A stretch of 64,000 bases of DNA from contig OZ024742.1 in the NCBI GenBank assembly GCA_964016885.1, positions 313,658,001 through 313,722,000 on the forward strand, written 5' to 3'. The notes beneath the pieces are model-generated. The model made no database searches, was not told where the DNA came from, and saw only the letters and a list, made by a program, of their open reading frames with translations. Below are positions 13,292 through 27,100 of this stretch, in pieces. Every line of letters starts with the position of its first letter. The stretch's first letter is position 1. Both the position numbers and the translations under genes were made by a program. Source of the stretch: Eledone cirrhosa (Eukaryota).

Positions 13292-13590
13292 CCCATCCAC
13301 CACTACTATTACTACTACCGCCTCCATCCACTACTACTACCACCACCACCACTACTTTTACCACACCACCACCACTACTATTACTACTACCACCTCCGTC
13401 CACTACTACTACCACCACCAGCACCACCTCCGTCCACTACTACTACCACCACCAGCACCACCACATCCACCACCACTATTACTACTACCACCTCCATCCA
13501 CTACTACTACCACCACCAGCACCACCACTATTACTATCACCACCACCACCACCACTACTACTACCACCACCACCACACCACCACCACTAC
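13260..13590. repeat. (CAC/TAC)n compound microsatellite
   Basis: Direct reading. Confidence 0.9.
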
Positions 13591-13714
13591 CGGTGATAGT
13601 GGTAATGCTGTTGGTGGTGATAATGGTAGTGATAATGGTAGTAGTGGTATTGTTATGTTGATGGTGGTTGTGGTAATGGTAGTGGTGGTTATGGTAATGC
13701 TGTTGGTGTGTTGG

Positions 13715-15000
13715 TGATGATGGTAGTGGTAGTCCATGTGTTGATAGTGTTAGTATATGTATTGGTGATGGTAGTGGTGGTAGTGGTAGTGTTAGTATAT
13801 ATATTGGTGATGGTAGTGGTGGTAGTGGTAGTGTTAGTATATATATTGGTGATGGTAGTGGTGGTAGTGGTAGTGTTAGTATATGTATTGGTGATGGTAG
13901 TGGTGGTGGTGGTAGTGTTAGTATATGTATTGGTGATGGTAGTGGTGGTAGTGGTAGTGTTAGTATATATATTGGTGATGGTAGTGGTGGTGGTGGTAGT
14001 GTTAGTATATGTATTGGTGATGGTAGTGGTGGTAGTGGTAGTGTTAGTATATGTATTGGTAATGGTAGTGGTGGTAGTGGTAGTGTTAGTATATGTATTG
14101 GTGATGGTAGTGGTGGTGGTGGTAGTGTTAGTATATGTATTGGTGATGGTAGTGGTGGTAGTGGTAGTGTTAGTATATGTATTGGTGATGGTAGTGGTGG
14201 TAGTGGTAGTATTAGTATATGTATTGGTGATGGTAGTGGTGGTGGTGGTAGTGTTAGTATATATATTGGTGATGGTAGTGGTGGTAGTGGTAGTGTTAGT
14301 ATATATATTGGTGATGGTAGTGGTGGTGGTGGTAGTGTTAGTATATGTATTGGTGATGGTAGTGGTGGTAGTGTTAGTATATGTATTGGTGATGGTAGTG
14401 GTGGTAGTGGTAGTGTTAGTATATGTATTGGTTATGGTAGTGGTGGTAGTGGTAGTGGTAGTATATGTATTGGTGATGGTAGTGGTGGTAGTGGTAGTGG
14501 TAGTATATGTATTGGTGATGGTAGTGGTGGTAGTGGTAGTGTTAGTATATATATTGGTGATGGTAATGGTGGTAGTGGTAGTGTTAGTATATGTAGTGGT
14601 AGTGGTGGTAGTGTTAGTATATGTATTGGTAATGGTAGTGGTGGTGTTAGTATATGTATTGGTAATGGTAGTGGTGGTAGTGGTAGTGTTAGTATATGTA
14701 TTGGTAATGGTAGTGGTGGTGGTGGTAGTGTTAGTATATGTATTGGTGATGGTAGTGGTGGTAGTGGTAGTGTTAGTATATGTATTGCTAATGGTAGTGG
14801 TGGTAGTGGTAGTGTTAGTATATGTATTGGTGATGGTAGTGGTGGTGGTGGTAGTGTTAGTATATGTATTGGTGATGGTAGTGGTGGTAGTGGTAGTGTT
14901 AGTATATGTATTGGTAATGGTAGTGGTGGTGGTGGTAGTGTTAGTATATGTATTGGTGATGGTAGTGGTGGTAGTGGTAGTGTTAGTATATGTATTGATG
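13715..15000. repeat. 33-bp minisatellite (GTGTTAGTATATGTATTGGTGATGGTAGTGGTG-type unit), roughly 40 copies
   Basis: Regular 11-codon periodicity in the ORF track (TNTYTNTTTTTTTI). Confidence 0.95.
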
Positions 15001-15389
15001 GTGGTAATTATGAAGATGATGATGATGGTGGTGGAGTGGGAGGAAGACATTAAAGGTGTGTGTAAAGGAGAACAGGTGTTTATTTTTGGGAGGTTGGGAG
15101 TGAGGAATTAAGGGGAGAGTGTGATGAGGGAAGGGGGTTAAAGATGGAGGTGAGAGTGTATGTGGTAGGGAGAGGAAACCAAAAATGGTTGGTAGTGGCA
15201 AGGAGTGGGTGGAGGTGGAGAGAGATACTGAGAACAGGTGGTGGTATATGAGAGAGTGAGGGAGAGAATGTTTGTGTGTGTGTGTGAGAGGAAGAAGGGG
15301 AGTGGGTGGGTAGTTTGCTGAGGCAAAGAAATAATGGTATGTATGGTGAAGGTAGAGGAGTGGGAGAAAGAAAATGCAGGGTTGAGTGA

Positions 15390-15735
15390 TAGTGGTGGTG
15401 GTGTAGATGTTGGTGGTGGTGCTGTTGGTGGTGTAGATGTTGGTGGTGGCGGTGTTGGTGGTGGTGGCTGTGTAGATGTTGGTGGTGTTGGTGGTGTAGA
15501 TGTTGTTGGCGGTGGTGGTGGTGGTGGTGTAGATGTTGGTGGTGTAGATGTTGGTGGTGGTGGTGGTGGTGTTGGTGGTTGTGGTGGTGTTGGTGTAGAT
15601 GTTGGTGGTGGTGGTGTTGGTGGTGGTGGTGGTGGCGGTGTTGGTGGTGGTGGCTGTGTTGTTGGTGGTGGTGGTGGTGGCGGTGTTGGTGCTGTTGGTG
15701 GTGGTGGCGGTGTTGGTGGTTTAGATGTTGGTGGA
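15390..15735. repeat. (GGT)n-derived repeat with GTAGATGTT interruptions
   Basis: Direct reading. Confidence 0.85.
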
Positions 15736-15916
15736 GAGAAGTAGCAGAAAACTGTAAAAGGTAGGGAGAGAGAGTGATAGATAGATAGATATATAGATAG
15801 ATAGATAGAGAGAGTATGTGATAGAGATAGATAGATAGAGAGAGAAAGAGAGAATGATAGAGAGAGAGATAATAGCAATAATAGAGATGATAACGATGAT
15901 AGATGGTTAGATAATT

Positions 15917-16726
15917 GTTTCTACTTTAGGCACAAGGCCAGCAATTACCCAGTGCATTACTGGTACTTTATTTTATCGACCTCGTAAGGATGAAAGGCAA
16001 AGTCAACCTCGGCGGGATTTGAACTCAGATCATAAAGGGACGTGGTTAGATAATTGTTTCTACTATTGGCACAAGGCCAGAAATTACCCAGTACATTACT
16101 GGTACTTTATTTTATCGACCCCGTAAGGATGAAAGGCAAAGTTAACCTCGGCGGGATTTGAACTCAGAATAGCAAGGGCCGTAACTCTATGCATCAAAGC
16201 ATGGCGTCCGACCCTCTACCGATACTGCCATTCCACCGACGTGGTTAGATAATGACAGGGAGATAGGTAAATAAATAGATAGTAGAAGAGAAAGATGTAA
16301 GATAGATAGAAAAAATATGGGAGGTTCTAGTGAAAAGAGACTAAATAAGGGTTTCTACTTTAGGCACAAGGTCAGCAATTTGAAGGGAGGGGAAAGTCGG
16401 TTAAATCAACCCCAGTGCATTACTGGTACTTTATTTAAGGCAAGGCTAACCTCGATGGGATTGAACTCAGAACATAAAGGGCCATAACTCTATGCTACCA
16501 AGCATGGTGTCTGACGGTCTATGGATACTACCAATCGACTGGAAAGACTAAATAATTATTTCTACTTTTGGCACAAGGCCAGCAATTATCCCAGTGTATT
16601 ACTGGTGCTTTATTTTATCGACCCCGTAAGGATGAAAGGCAAAGTTAACCTCGGCAGGATTTGAACTCAGATCATAAAGGGCTGTAACTCTATGCTGCAA
16701 AGCATGGCGTCCGACCTTCTACCGAT
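15917..16726 (-). mobile_element. Cluster of four co-oriented Meta-like SINE copies
   Basis: Copies start at ~15917, 16056, 16351 and 16559; repeated flanks ggttagataat and agactaaataa look like TSDs. Confidence 0.88.
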
Positions 16727-16867
16727 AATGATGTGTGGTAGTAGTAGTGGAAGGAGGAGAGAGACGATAGATAGAGAAATATGATAATAGATAGATAGAA
16801 TGAAAAGAGGTATGGTTGTAACTAAACAATGATTGTGGCCATGGCAGTAATGGCAGAAAGGATATAT

Positions 16868-17050
16868 CATCATCATCATCATCATTGCTGTTTGATGACT
16901 AGTTTTCACACTTGCATGGGTTAGACGGCTGTCATGTCCTGAGGTCAGCCCAGTCAGTTGACTGTTCTTGTTTGGTTTCTATGGTTGGATGCCCTTCCTA
17001 ATGCCAACCACTTTATAGTATGTATTGGGAGCATTTTATCGTGACTTACA
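16868..17050 (-). mobile_element. Decayed RTE-type 3' end
   Basis: (CAT)n ... ggatgcccttcctaatgccaaccac. Confidence 0.7.
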
Positions 17051-17264
17051 GAGTACCACCTTACAGAGTGAACTAGGGCTTTTGTTGTGGTGTTGGTGAC
17101 ACCCTATTGTAACATTAGGGGGCTCAGTCTACTAGGTCATGCTAAAATTGTTAGCTTTGTGCCGAAATCAGAAACCATTATTAAGTTGGAGTTTGGAACA
17201 TAATTCAGCCAGAATGTTTTATGTAAAATTATGATGGAAGGTTTTTAATATGTGTATGAACACT

Positions 17265-17482
17265 TTAACCCTTTAGCATTTACATCACTCTATATATACT
17301 ATCGCATTTTTGCAATAAAGGCTTTATCTCACATAATATTTCACATAATATCGAATCTATGAGATTTTGATATTATTTATTTTGAGAACAATATCTTAAC
17401 ATTGGTATGAGTGGCCAGTTACAGCTGGTTTGAACAGAAAGAGGCGAGAGAATTCTGGCCGGATATGGCCAGTTTAAATGTT
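17265..17482 (+). mobile_element. piggyBac-like MITE, right end damaged
   Basis: ttaaccctttagcatttac start; same body as the other copies. Confidence 0.78.
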
Positions 17483-18182
17483 ACAGGCAGTTTTGTATAT
17501 TAGAACCAGGGTCAGTATCAGGCTGGTTGGTAATGAAAAGATTAATACTAGGTTTGATTTAATATTCTCCTCCCTCTCCCAGATATGTTACTTTGTATCT
17601 GAAGTAGAAACTAGCATTTACAACACTATCACTGACTCAATGAAGAAGTTTCTATATGGTGGCATGAACTGCTAAAAATAGCAGCCAAATCTCCCTCAAA
17701 TCATATTCTTAAAAAATGGAATAAATGTAGTTGCAGATTCCAGCCTCCCCACAAAAAAAAAGAAAAAATGAAACAGATGGGATGGTCATAATTGGAATGA
17801 CTTTAATCCATTGGTATATTGCTTGATTAGGGTTGTTGTGAAACTAAACAACATCAGTTGCAGAAATCTCCTCTCAATATTGCTACTGTCTGGTGCCATG
17901 ATGCCCATTGGAAATATCTAAATCCTATGAAAGGGTCAGAGTAGACAGTTACTAAGGAAATATTAGAATGCTGGTATATAAGTTATGAGCTAGGGGTTAT
18001 AAACTGACATTCACTTGCAAATATTCCAGTTTACTAAGTATTAGTAAAAGTAGATGGATTTCTCTTAGTTTCACTAATGAGTATCCAGTCATTTAATCAA
18101 CAGAAATATCTTCTCATCAAATTATCTATATATAAATTTGAGCAAATTCTGTCACACAATGTGTATGTGTGTGTATGTATGT

Positions 18183-18213
<31 letters not shown>

Positions 18214-19793
18214 TTTGTGTGAATCTATGTGTGTTTAAAAGGAAGGGGATGGTGAAAAAATAGCAAAACAGCAACTGGTGTTCCATTTTCTATGCTGTGT
18301 GTGAGTGTATGTGTATGTGTGTGTGTTTCTGTAAATGTGTATGTTTGTGTAAATATATGTGTGTGTGTTTGTATGAATGTATGTGTGTGTTTGTGTAAAT
18401 GTATGTATGTGTAAATGTATGTATGTGTTTGTATGAATATATGTCTGTATTTTCGTAAGTGTATCTGTGTTTACAAGTTTTTGTTTATATATTCATACAT
18501 ATAAATATCTACATATGCACACACATGCACACACATATACACATACACATCAGTGTGTTGAAATAAATCCTAGTATTATAAAACAATTATGTGTAACCCA
18601 TAAGATAAATACAGATATGTGTAACACAACATAATTACAGATATGTGTAACACAACATGTAGATATGTGTAACCCATAACATAAATACAGATATATGTAA
18701 CACAACATAAATACAGTTATGCGTAATCCATAACATAAATACAGATTATGTAACCCATAACATAAATATAGATATGTGTAACACAACATTAATACAGATA
18801 TGTGTAACCCATAACATAAATACAGATATGTCACACAACATAAATACAGATATGTGTAACACAACATAAATACAGATATGTGTCACACAACATAAATACA
18901 GATATGTGTAACACAACTTAAATACAGATATGTGTAACACAACATAAATACAGATATGTGTAACACAACATAAATACAGATATGTGTAACACAACATAAA
19001 TACAGATATGTGTAACCCATAACATAAATACAGATATGTGTAACCCATAACATAAATACAGATATGTGTAACCCATAACATAAATATAGATATGTGAAAC
19101 CCATAACATAAATATAGATATGTGTAACCCATAACATAAATACAGATATGTGTAACACAACATAAATACAGATATGTGTAACACAACATAAATACAGATA
19201 TGTGTAACACAACATAAATACAGATATGTGTAACACAACATAAATACAGATTTGCGTAACATAACATAAATACAGATATGTGTAACCCATAACATAAATA
19301 TAGATATGTGTAACCCATAACATAAATACAGATATGTGTAACACAACATAAATACAGATATGTGTAACACAACATAAATACAGATATGTGTAACACAACA
19401 TAAATACAGATATGCGTAACATAACATAAATACAGATATGTGTAACCCATAACATAAATACAGATATGTGTAACCCATAACATAAATACAGATATGTGTA
19501 ACCCATAACATAAATATAGATATGTGTAACACAACATGAATACAGATATGTGTAACCCATAACATAAATACAGACATGTGTCACACAACATAAATACAGA
19601 TATGTGTAACACAACAAATACAGATATGTGTAACACAACATAAATACAGATATGTGTAACCCAACATAAATACAAATATGTGTAACCCATAACATAAATA
19701 CAGATATGTGTAACACAACATAAATACAGATATGTGTAACCCAACATAAATACAGATATGTGTAACACATGACATAAATACAGACATGTGTAA

Positions 19794-21181
19794 CATCATC
19801 ATCATCAACGTTTAACGTCCGTGTTCCACGCTTGCATGGGTTTGGACGGGGGTATTCCCACTTGAGGCAAGAGTGATTGTCTTGCTCGCATAGGACTGTC
19901 TGGCAGGTTTTCTACAGTTGGATGCCCTTCCTAACACCAACCACATTTACAGTGTGGGACTGGGAGATTTTTACCGTGTTGCCTACACGGCCACATTACA
20001 GCGTGGACTGTGTGTTTTTTTGTCGTGACACCTACACGATCTCATTTGTTTCGGCGTGGATGGTGTGGCACCAACATAACTTTACATAGGAGGGGGTGGT
20101 GTGGATGGGGTGTGGGTGGTGGGACGGGGGTGTATTTTGTTAGAGATCCCTACTGGCTCTAGTAGGTTTTACTAGGTATTTAGGTAAGGCGGGTCTTCTC
20201 TATTACTGAGTACCGCCAAAGGTCTCGGTCCAGTGACATTGTCTTGGAGAGGTGTAAGTGTGTGAGGTCGGAGTTTATCAGCTCGTCCCAGGATTTTCTA
20301 GGTCTGCCTATTCCGTGGCTACCGTCTATCTTTATTGCCCTGCACTTTGTTATACAGCTATCGACTTTCATGCGCATCACGTGTCCGTACCAACGTAGCC
20401 TTCTCTCGAGTAAACAACATCTGATCCCTATAATTTCTAATTTTTTCCTTAGTTCGTTTATGCTTTGCCCTTCACGTATATTACTATTACACTTCCAGCG
20501 GAGCATGCAAGCTTCGTTCCTCTCTAGTCTGCGTATATCCTCTGCGCACAATGCCCAGGTCTCACTGCCATGCAACATTGCTGTTCGTATGCAGGCATCA
20601 TACAACCTGCCTTTCATTTTTAGGGAGAACCCTTTAGCGGCTAATAGTGGTATAAGCTCTCTGAACTTTTTCCATCCAGTTCTGACTCTAGCTACTGTAC
20701 TTTCGGAGCACCCTCCCCCACTGCTGATTTTGTCATCCAGGTACCGGAAGCTGTCCACTATTTCTATAGAGCCCTCTGCGCAATTGAAAGAGTTAGTATT
20801 TTGTGGGCACTCGCTGCTACTTATTGCACCAGAGCACCGCCCACATGTAAAATCTAAGTTCTTAGTTAGCTTACCTGTGATCCCACTATATCTTTTATGC
20901 ACCCATACTTTGCATTTGGGACATAAGATGGAGTTTCTACCTACGCCTTTCCTACACACTGAGCATGGCCATTTCCCGGAAGGGTCCGCCGCCTTATTTT
21001 CTTTCCTACAAACTAGTACTTTAGTCTTAGCCAGGTTAATTTTAAGGCCTTTTGATTCTAGGCCGTGCTTCCAGGTTTGGAATTTCTTCTCTAGCTCGGC
21101 TATTGATTCAGCTATGAGTGTCAGGTCGTCTGCGTATAGGAGTTCCCATGGGCAGCCGGTCTTGAACTCCTCTGTTATAGC
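19794..21181 (-). mobile_element. Young 5'-truncated RTE inserted in the satellite
   Basis: Open frame from AITEEFKTGCPWELLYADD to the stop at 20180; 3'UTR and (CAT)n tail. Confidence 0.97.
20180..21181 (-). pseudogene. RT C-terminal half with PHD-type zinc finger insert (~20834-20971)
   Basis: YADD ... KTKVL ... WPCSVC-ILCPKC-WVHKR(Y)-FTCGRC ... FRYLDD. Confidence 0.92.
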
Positions 21182-24100
21182 ACACAACATAAATATAGAT
21201 ATGTGTAACCCATAACATAAATACAGATATGTGTAACACAACATAAACACAGATATGTGTAACACAACATAAATACAGATATGTGTAACACAACATAAAT
21301 ACAGATATGGGTAACCCATAACATAAATACATATATGTGTAACACAACATAAATATAGATATGTGTAACCCATAACATAAATACAGATATGTGTAACTCA
21401 TAACATAAATACAGATATATGTTACACAACATAAATATAGATATGTGTAACCCAAAACATAAATACAGATATGTGTAACACAACATAAATACAGATATGT
21501 GTAACACAACATAAATACAGATATGTGTAACCCATAACGTAAATACAGATATGTGTAACCCATAACATAAATACAGATATGTGTAACACAACATAAACAC
21601 AGATATGTGTAACACAACATAAATACAGATATGTGTAACCCATAACATAAATACAGATATGTGTAACTCATAACATAAATACAGATATGTGTAACACAAC
21701 GTAAATACAGATATGTGTAACCCATAACATAAATATAGATATGTGTAACACAACATAAATACAGATATGTGTAACACAACATAAATACAGATATGTGTAA
21801 CACAACATAAATACAGATATGTGTAACACAACATAAATACAGATATGTGTAACACATAACATAAATATAGATATGTGTAACACATGACATAAATACAGAT
21901 ATGTGTAACAAAATAACATAAATATAGATACGTGTAACACAACATAAATACAGATATGTGTAACACAACATAAATACAGATATGTGTAACCCATAACATA
22001 AATATAGATATGTGTAACACAACATAAATACAGATATGTGTAACACAACATAAATATAGATATGTGTAACACAACATAAATACAGATATGTATAACCCAT
22101 AACATAAATACAGATATGTGTAACACAACATAAATACAGATATGTGTAACACAACATAAATACAGATATGTGTAACACAACATAAATACAGATACGTGTA
22201 ACCCATAACATAAATATAGATATGTGTAACACAAGATAAATGCAGATATGTGTAATCCACAACATAAATACAGATATGTGTAACACAACATAAATACAGA
22301 CATGTGTAACCCATAACATAAATACAGATATGTGTAACTCATAACATAAATACAGATATGTGTAACACAACGTAAATACAGATATGTGTAACCCATAACA
22401 TGAATATAGATATGTGTAACACAACATAAATACAGATATGTGTAACACAACATAAATACAGATATGTGTAACACAACATAAATACAGATATGTGTAACAC
22501 AACATAAATACAGATATGTGTAACCCATAACATAAATATAGATATGTGTAACACATGACATAAATACAGATATGTGTAACCCATAACATAAATATAGATA
22601 TGTGTAACACAACATAAATACAGATATTTGTAACACAAAATAAATACAGATATGTGTAACCCATAACATAAATATAGATATGTGTAACATAACATAAATA
22701 CAGATATGTGTAACACAACATAAATATAGATATGTGTAACACAACATAAATACAGATATGTGTAACCCATAACATAAATACAGATATGTGTAACACAACA
22801 TAAATACAGATATGTGTAACACAACATAAATACAGATATGTGTAACACAACATAAATACAGATATGTGTAACACAACATAAATACAGATATGTGTAACCC
22901 ATAACATACATATAGATATGTGTAACACATGACATAAATACAGATACGTGTAACCCATAACATAAATATAGATATGTGTAACACAACATAAATACAGATA
23001 TGTGTAACACAACATGAATACAGATATGTGTAACCCATAACATAAATATAGATATGTGTGACACAACATAAATACAGATATGTGTAACACAACATAAATA
23101 CAGATATGTATAACCCATAACATATATACAGCTATGTGTAACACAACATAAATACAGATATGTGTAACACAACATAAATACAGATATGTGTAACGCATGA
23201 CATAAATACAGATATGTGTAACACAACATAAATACAGATATGTGTGACATAACATAAATATAGATATGTGTAACACAACATAAATACAGATATGTGTAAC
23301 ACAACATAAATACAGATATGTGTAACCCATAACATAAATACAGGTATGTGTAACACAACATAAATACAGATATGTGTAACCCATAACATAAATATAGATA
23401 TGTGCAACACAATATAAATATAGATATGTGTAACACAATATAAATACAGATATGTGTAACAACAGAAATACAGATATGTGCAACCCATAACATAAATACA
23501 GATATGTGTAACACAACATAAATACAGATATGTGTAACACAACATAAATACAGATATGTGTAATCCATAACATAAATACAGATATGTGTAACTCATAACA
23601 TAAAATATAGATAAGTGTAACCCACAACATAAATACAGATATGTGTAACACAACATAAATACAGATATGTGTAACCCATGACATAAATACAGATATGTGT
23701 AACCCATAACATAAATACAGATATGTGTAACTCAACATAAATACAGATATGTGTAACACAACATAAATACAGATATGTGTAACCCATAACATAAATACAG
23801 ATATGTGTAACACAACATAAATACAGATATGTGTAATCCATAACATAAATATAGATATGTGTAACACAACATAAATACAGATATGTGTCACACAACATAA
23901 ATACAGATATGTGTAACACAACATAAATACAGATATGTGTAACCCATAACATAAATATAGATATGTGTAACACATGACATAAATACAGATATGTCTAACC
24001 CATAACATAAATATAGATATGTGTAACACAACATAAATACAGATATGTGTAACACAACATAAATACAGATATGTGTAACTCATAACATAAATACAGATAT

Positions 24101-27100
24101 GTGTAACATAACATAAATACAGATATGTGTAACACAACATAAATACAGATATGTGTAACCCATAACATAAATACAGATATGTGTAACACAACATAAATAC
24201 AGATCTGTGTAACACAACATAAATACAGATATGTGTAACCCATAACATAAATACAGATATGTGTAACACAACATAAATACAGATATGTGCAACATAACAT
24301 AAATACAGATATGTGTAACCCATAACATAAATACAGATATGTGTAACACAACATTATTGGATATGTGTAACAACGTAAATACAGATATGTGTAACCCATA
24401 ACATAAATACAGGTATGTGTAACACACTATAAATACAGATATGTGTAACACAACATAAATATAGATATGTGTAATCCATAACATAAATACAGATATGTGT
24501 AACTCATAACATAAAATATAGATAAGTGTAACCCACAACATAAATACAGATATGTGTAACCCATGACATAAATACAGATATGTGTAACCCATAACATAAA
24601 TACAGATATGTGTAACTCAACATAAATACAGATATGTGTAACACAACATAAATACAGATATGTGTAATCCATAACATAAATACAGATATGTGTAACACAA
24701 CATAAATACAGATATGTGTAATCCATAACATAAATATAGATATGTGTAACACAACATAAATACAGATATGTGTAACACAACATAAATACAGATATGTGTA
24801 ACACAAAATAAATACAGATATGTGTAACACAACATAAATACAGATATGTGTAACACATAACATAAATATAGATATGTGTAACACATGACATAAATACAGA
24901 TATGTGTAACAAAATAACATAAATATAGATACGTGTAACACAACATAAATACAGATATGTGTAACACAACATAAATACAGATATGTGTAACCCATAACAT
25001 AAATATAGATATGTGTAACACAACATAAATACAGATATGTGTAACACAACATAAATATAGATATGTGTAACACAACATAAATACAGATATGTATAACCCA
25101 TAACATAAATACAGATATGTGTAACACAACATAAATACAGATATGTGTAACACAACATAAATACAGATATGTGTAACCCATAACATAAATATAGATATGT
25201 GTAATACAAGATAAATGCATATATGTGTAATCCACAACACAAATACAGATATGTGTAACACAACATAAATACAGACATGTGTAACCCATAACATAAATAC
25301 AGATATGTGTAACTCATAACATAAATACAGATATGTGTAACACAACGTAAATACAGATATGTGTAACCCATAACATAAATATAGATATGTGTAACACAAC
25401 ATAAATACAGATATGTGTAACCCATAAGATAAATACATACATGTGTAACACAACATAAATATAGATATGTGTAACCCATAACATAAATACAGATATGTGT
25501 AACTCATAACATAAATACAGATATATGTTACACAACATAAATATAGATATGTGTAACCCATAACATAAATACAGATATGTGTAACACAACATAAATACAG
25601 ATATGTGTAGCACAACATAAATACAGATATGTGTAACCCATAACATAAATACAGATATGTGTAACCCATAACATAAATACAGATATGTGTAACACAACAT
25701 AAACACAGATATGTGTAACACAACATAATTGGATGTGTATAACACAACATAATTGGATATGTGTAACACAACATAAATACAGATATGTGTAACCCATAAC
25801 ATAAATGCAGATATGTGTAACACAACATAAATACTGATATGTGTAACACAACATAAATACAGATATGTGTAACACAACATAAATACAGATATGTGTAACC
25901 CATAACATAAATATAGATATGTGTAATACAAGATAAATGCATATATGTGTAATCCACAACATAAATACAGATATGTGTAACACAACATAAATACAGACAT
26001 GTGTAACCCATAACATAAATACAGATATGTGTAACTCATAACATAAATACAGATATGTGTAACACAACGTAAATACAGATATGTGTAACCCATAACATAA
26101 ATATAGATATGTGTAACACAACATAAATACAGATATGTGTAACCCATAAGATAAATACATACATGTGTAACACAACATAAATATAGATATGTGTAACCCA
26201 TAACATAAATACAGATATGTGTAACTCATAACATAAATACAGATATATGTTACACAACATAAATATAGATATGTGTAACCCATAACATAAATACAGATAT
26301 GTGTAACACAACATAAATACAGATATGTGTAGCACAACATAAATACAGATATGTGTAACCCATAACATAAATACAGATATGTGTAACCCATAACATAAAT
26401 ACAGATATGTGTAACACAACATAAACACAGATATGTGTAACACAACATAATTGGATGTGTATAACACAACATAATTGGATATGTGTAACACAACATAAAT
26501 ACAGATATGTGTAACCCATAACATAAATGCAGATATGTGTAACACAACATAAATACAGATATGTGTAACATAACATAAATACAGATATGTGTAACACAAC
26601 ATAAATACAGATATGTGTAACACATGACATAAATACAGATATATGTAACCCATAACATAAATACAGATATGTGTAACACAACATAAATACAGATATGTGT
26701 AACCCATAACATACATATAGATATGTGTAAGACATGACATAAATACAGATATGTGTAACACAACATAAATACAGATATGTGTAACACAACATGAATACAG
26801 ATATGTGTAACCCATAACATAAATATAGATATGTGTGACACAACGTAAATACAGATATGTGTAACACAACATAAATACAGATATGTATAACCCATAACAT
26901 AAATACAGCTATGTGTAACACAACATAAATACAGATATGTGTAACACAACATAAATACAGATATGTGTAACACAACATAAATACAGATATGTGTAACACA
27001 TGACATAAATACAGATATGTGTAACACAACATAAATACAGATATGTGTGACATAACATAAATATAGATATGTGTAACACAACATAAATACAGATATGTGT

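Noticed and set aside
13689-15111. Mucin-like Thr-rich and Val-rich ORFs
   Set aside because: 33-bp minisatellite open on both strands; no recognisable domain or splice context.
15138-15878. Extensin-like Pro-rich and Gly-rich ORFs
   Set aside because: Translation of a (GGT)n microsatellite.
20244-21215. 323-aa antisense ORF and similar antisense ORFs over RTE and Tx1 copies
   Set aside because: Shadows of the sense RT frame, with no independent motifs.
20180-21373. 397-aa satellite-RT fusion protein
   Set aside because: The N-terminal ~64 aa is stop-free satellite that happens to be in frame with a truncated RTE.
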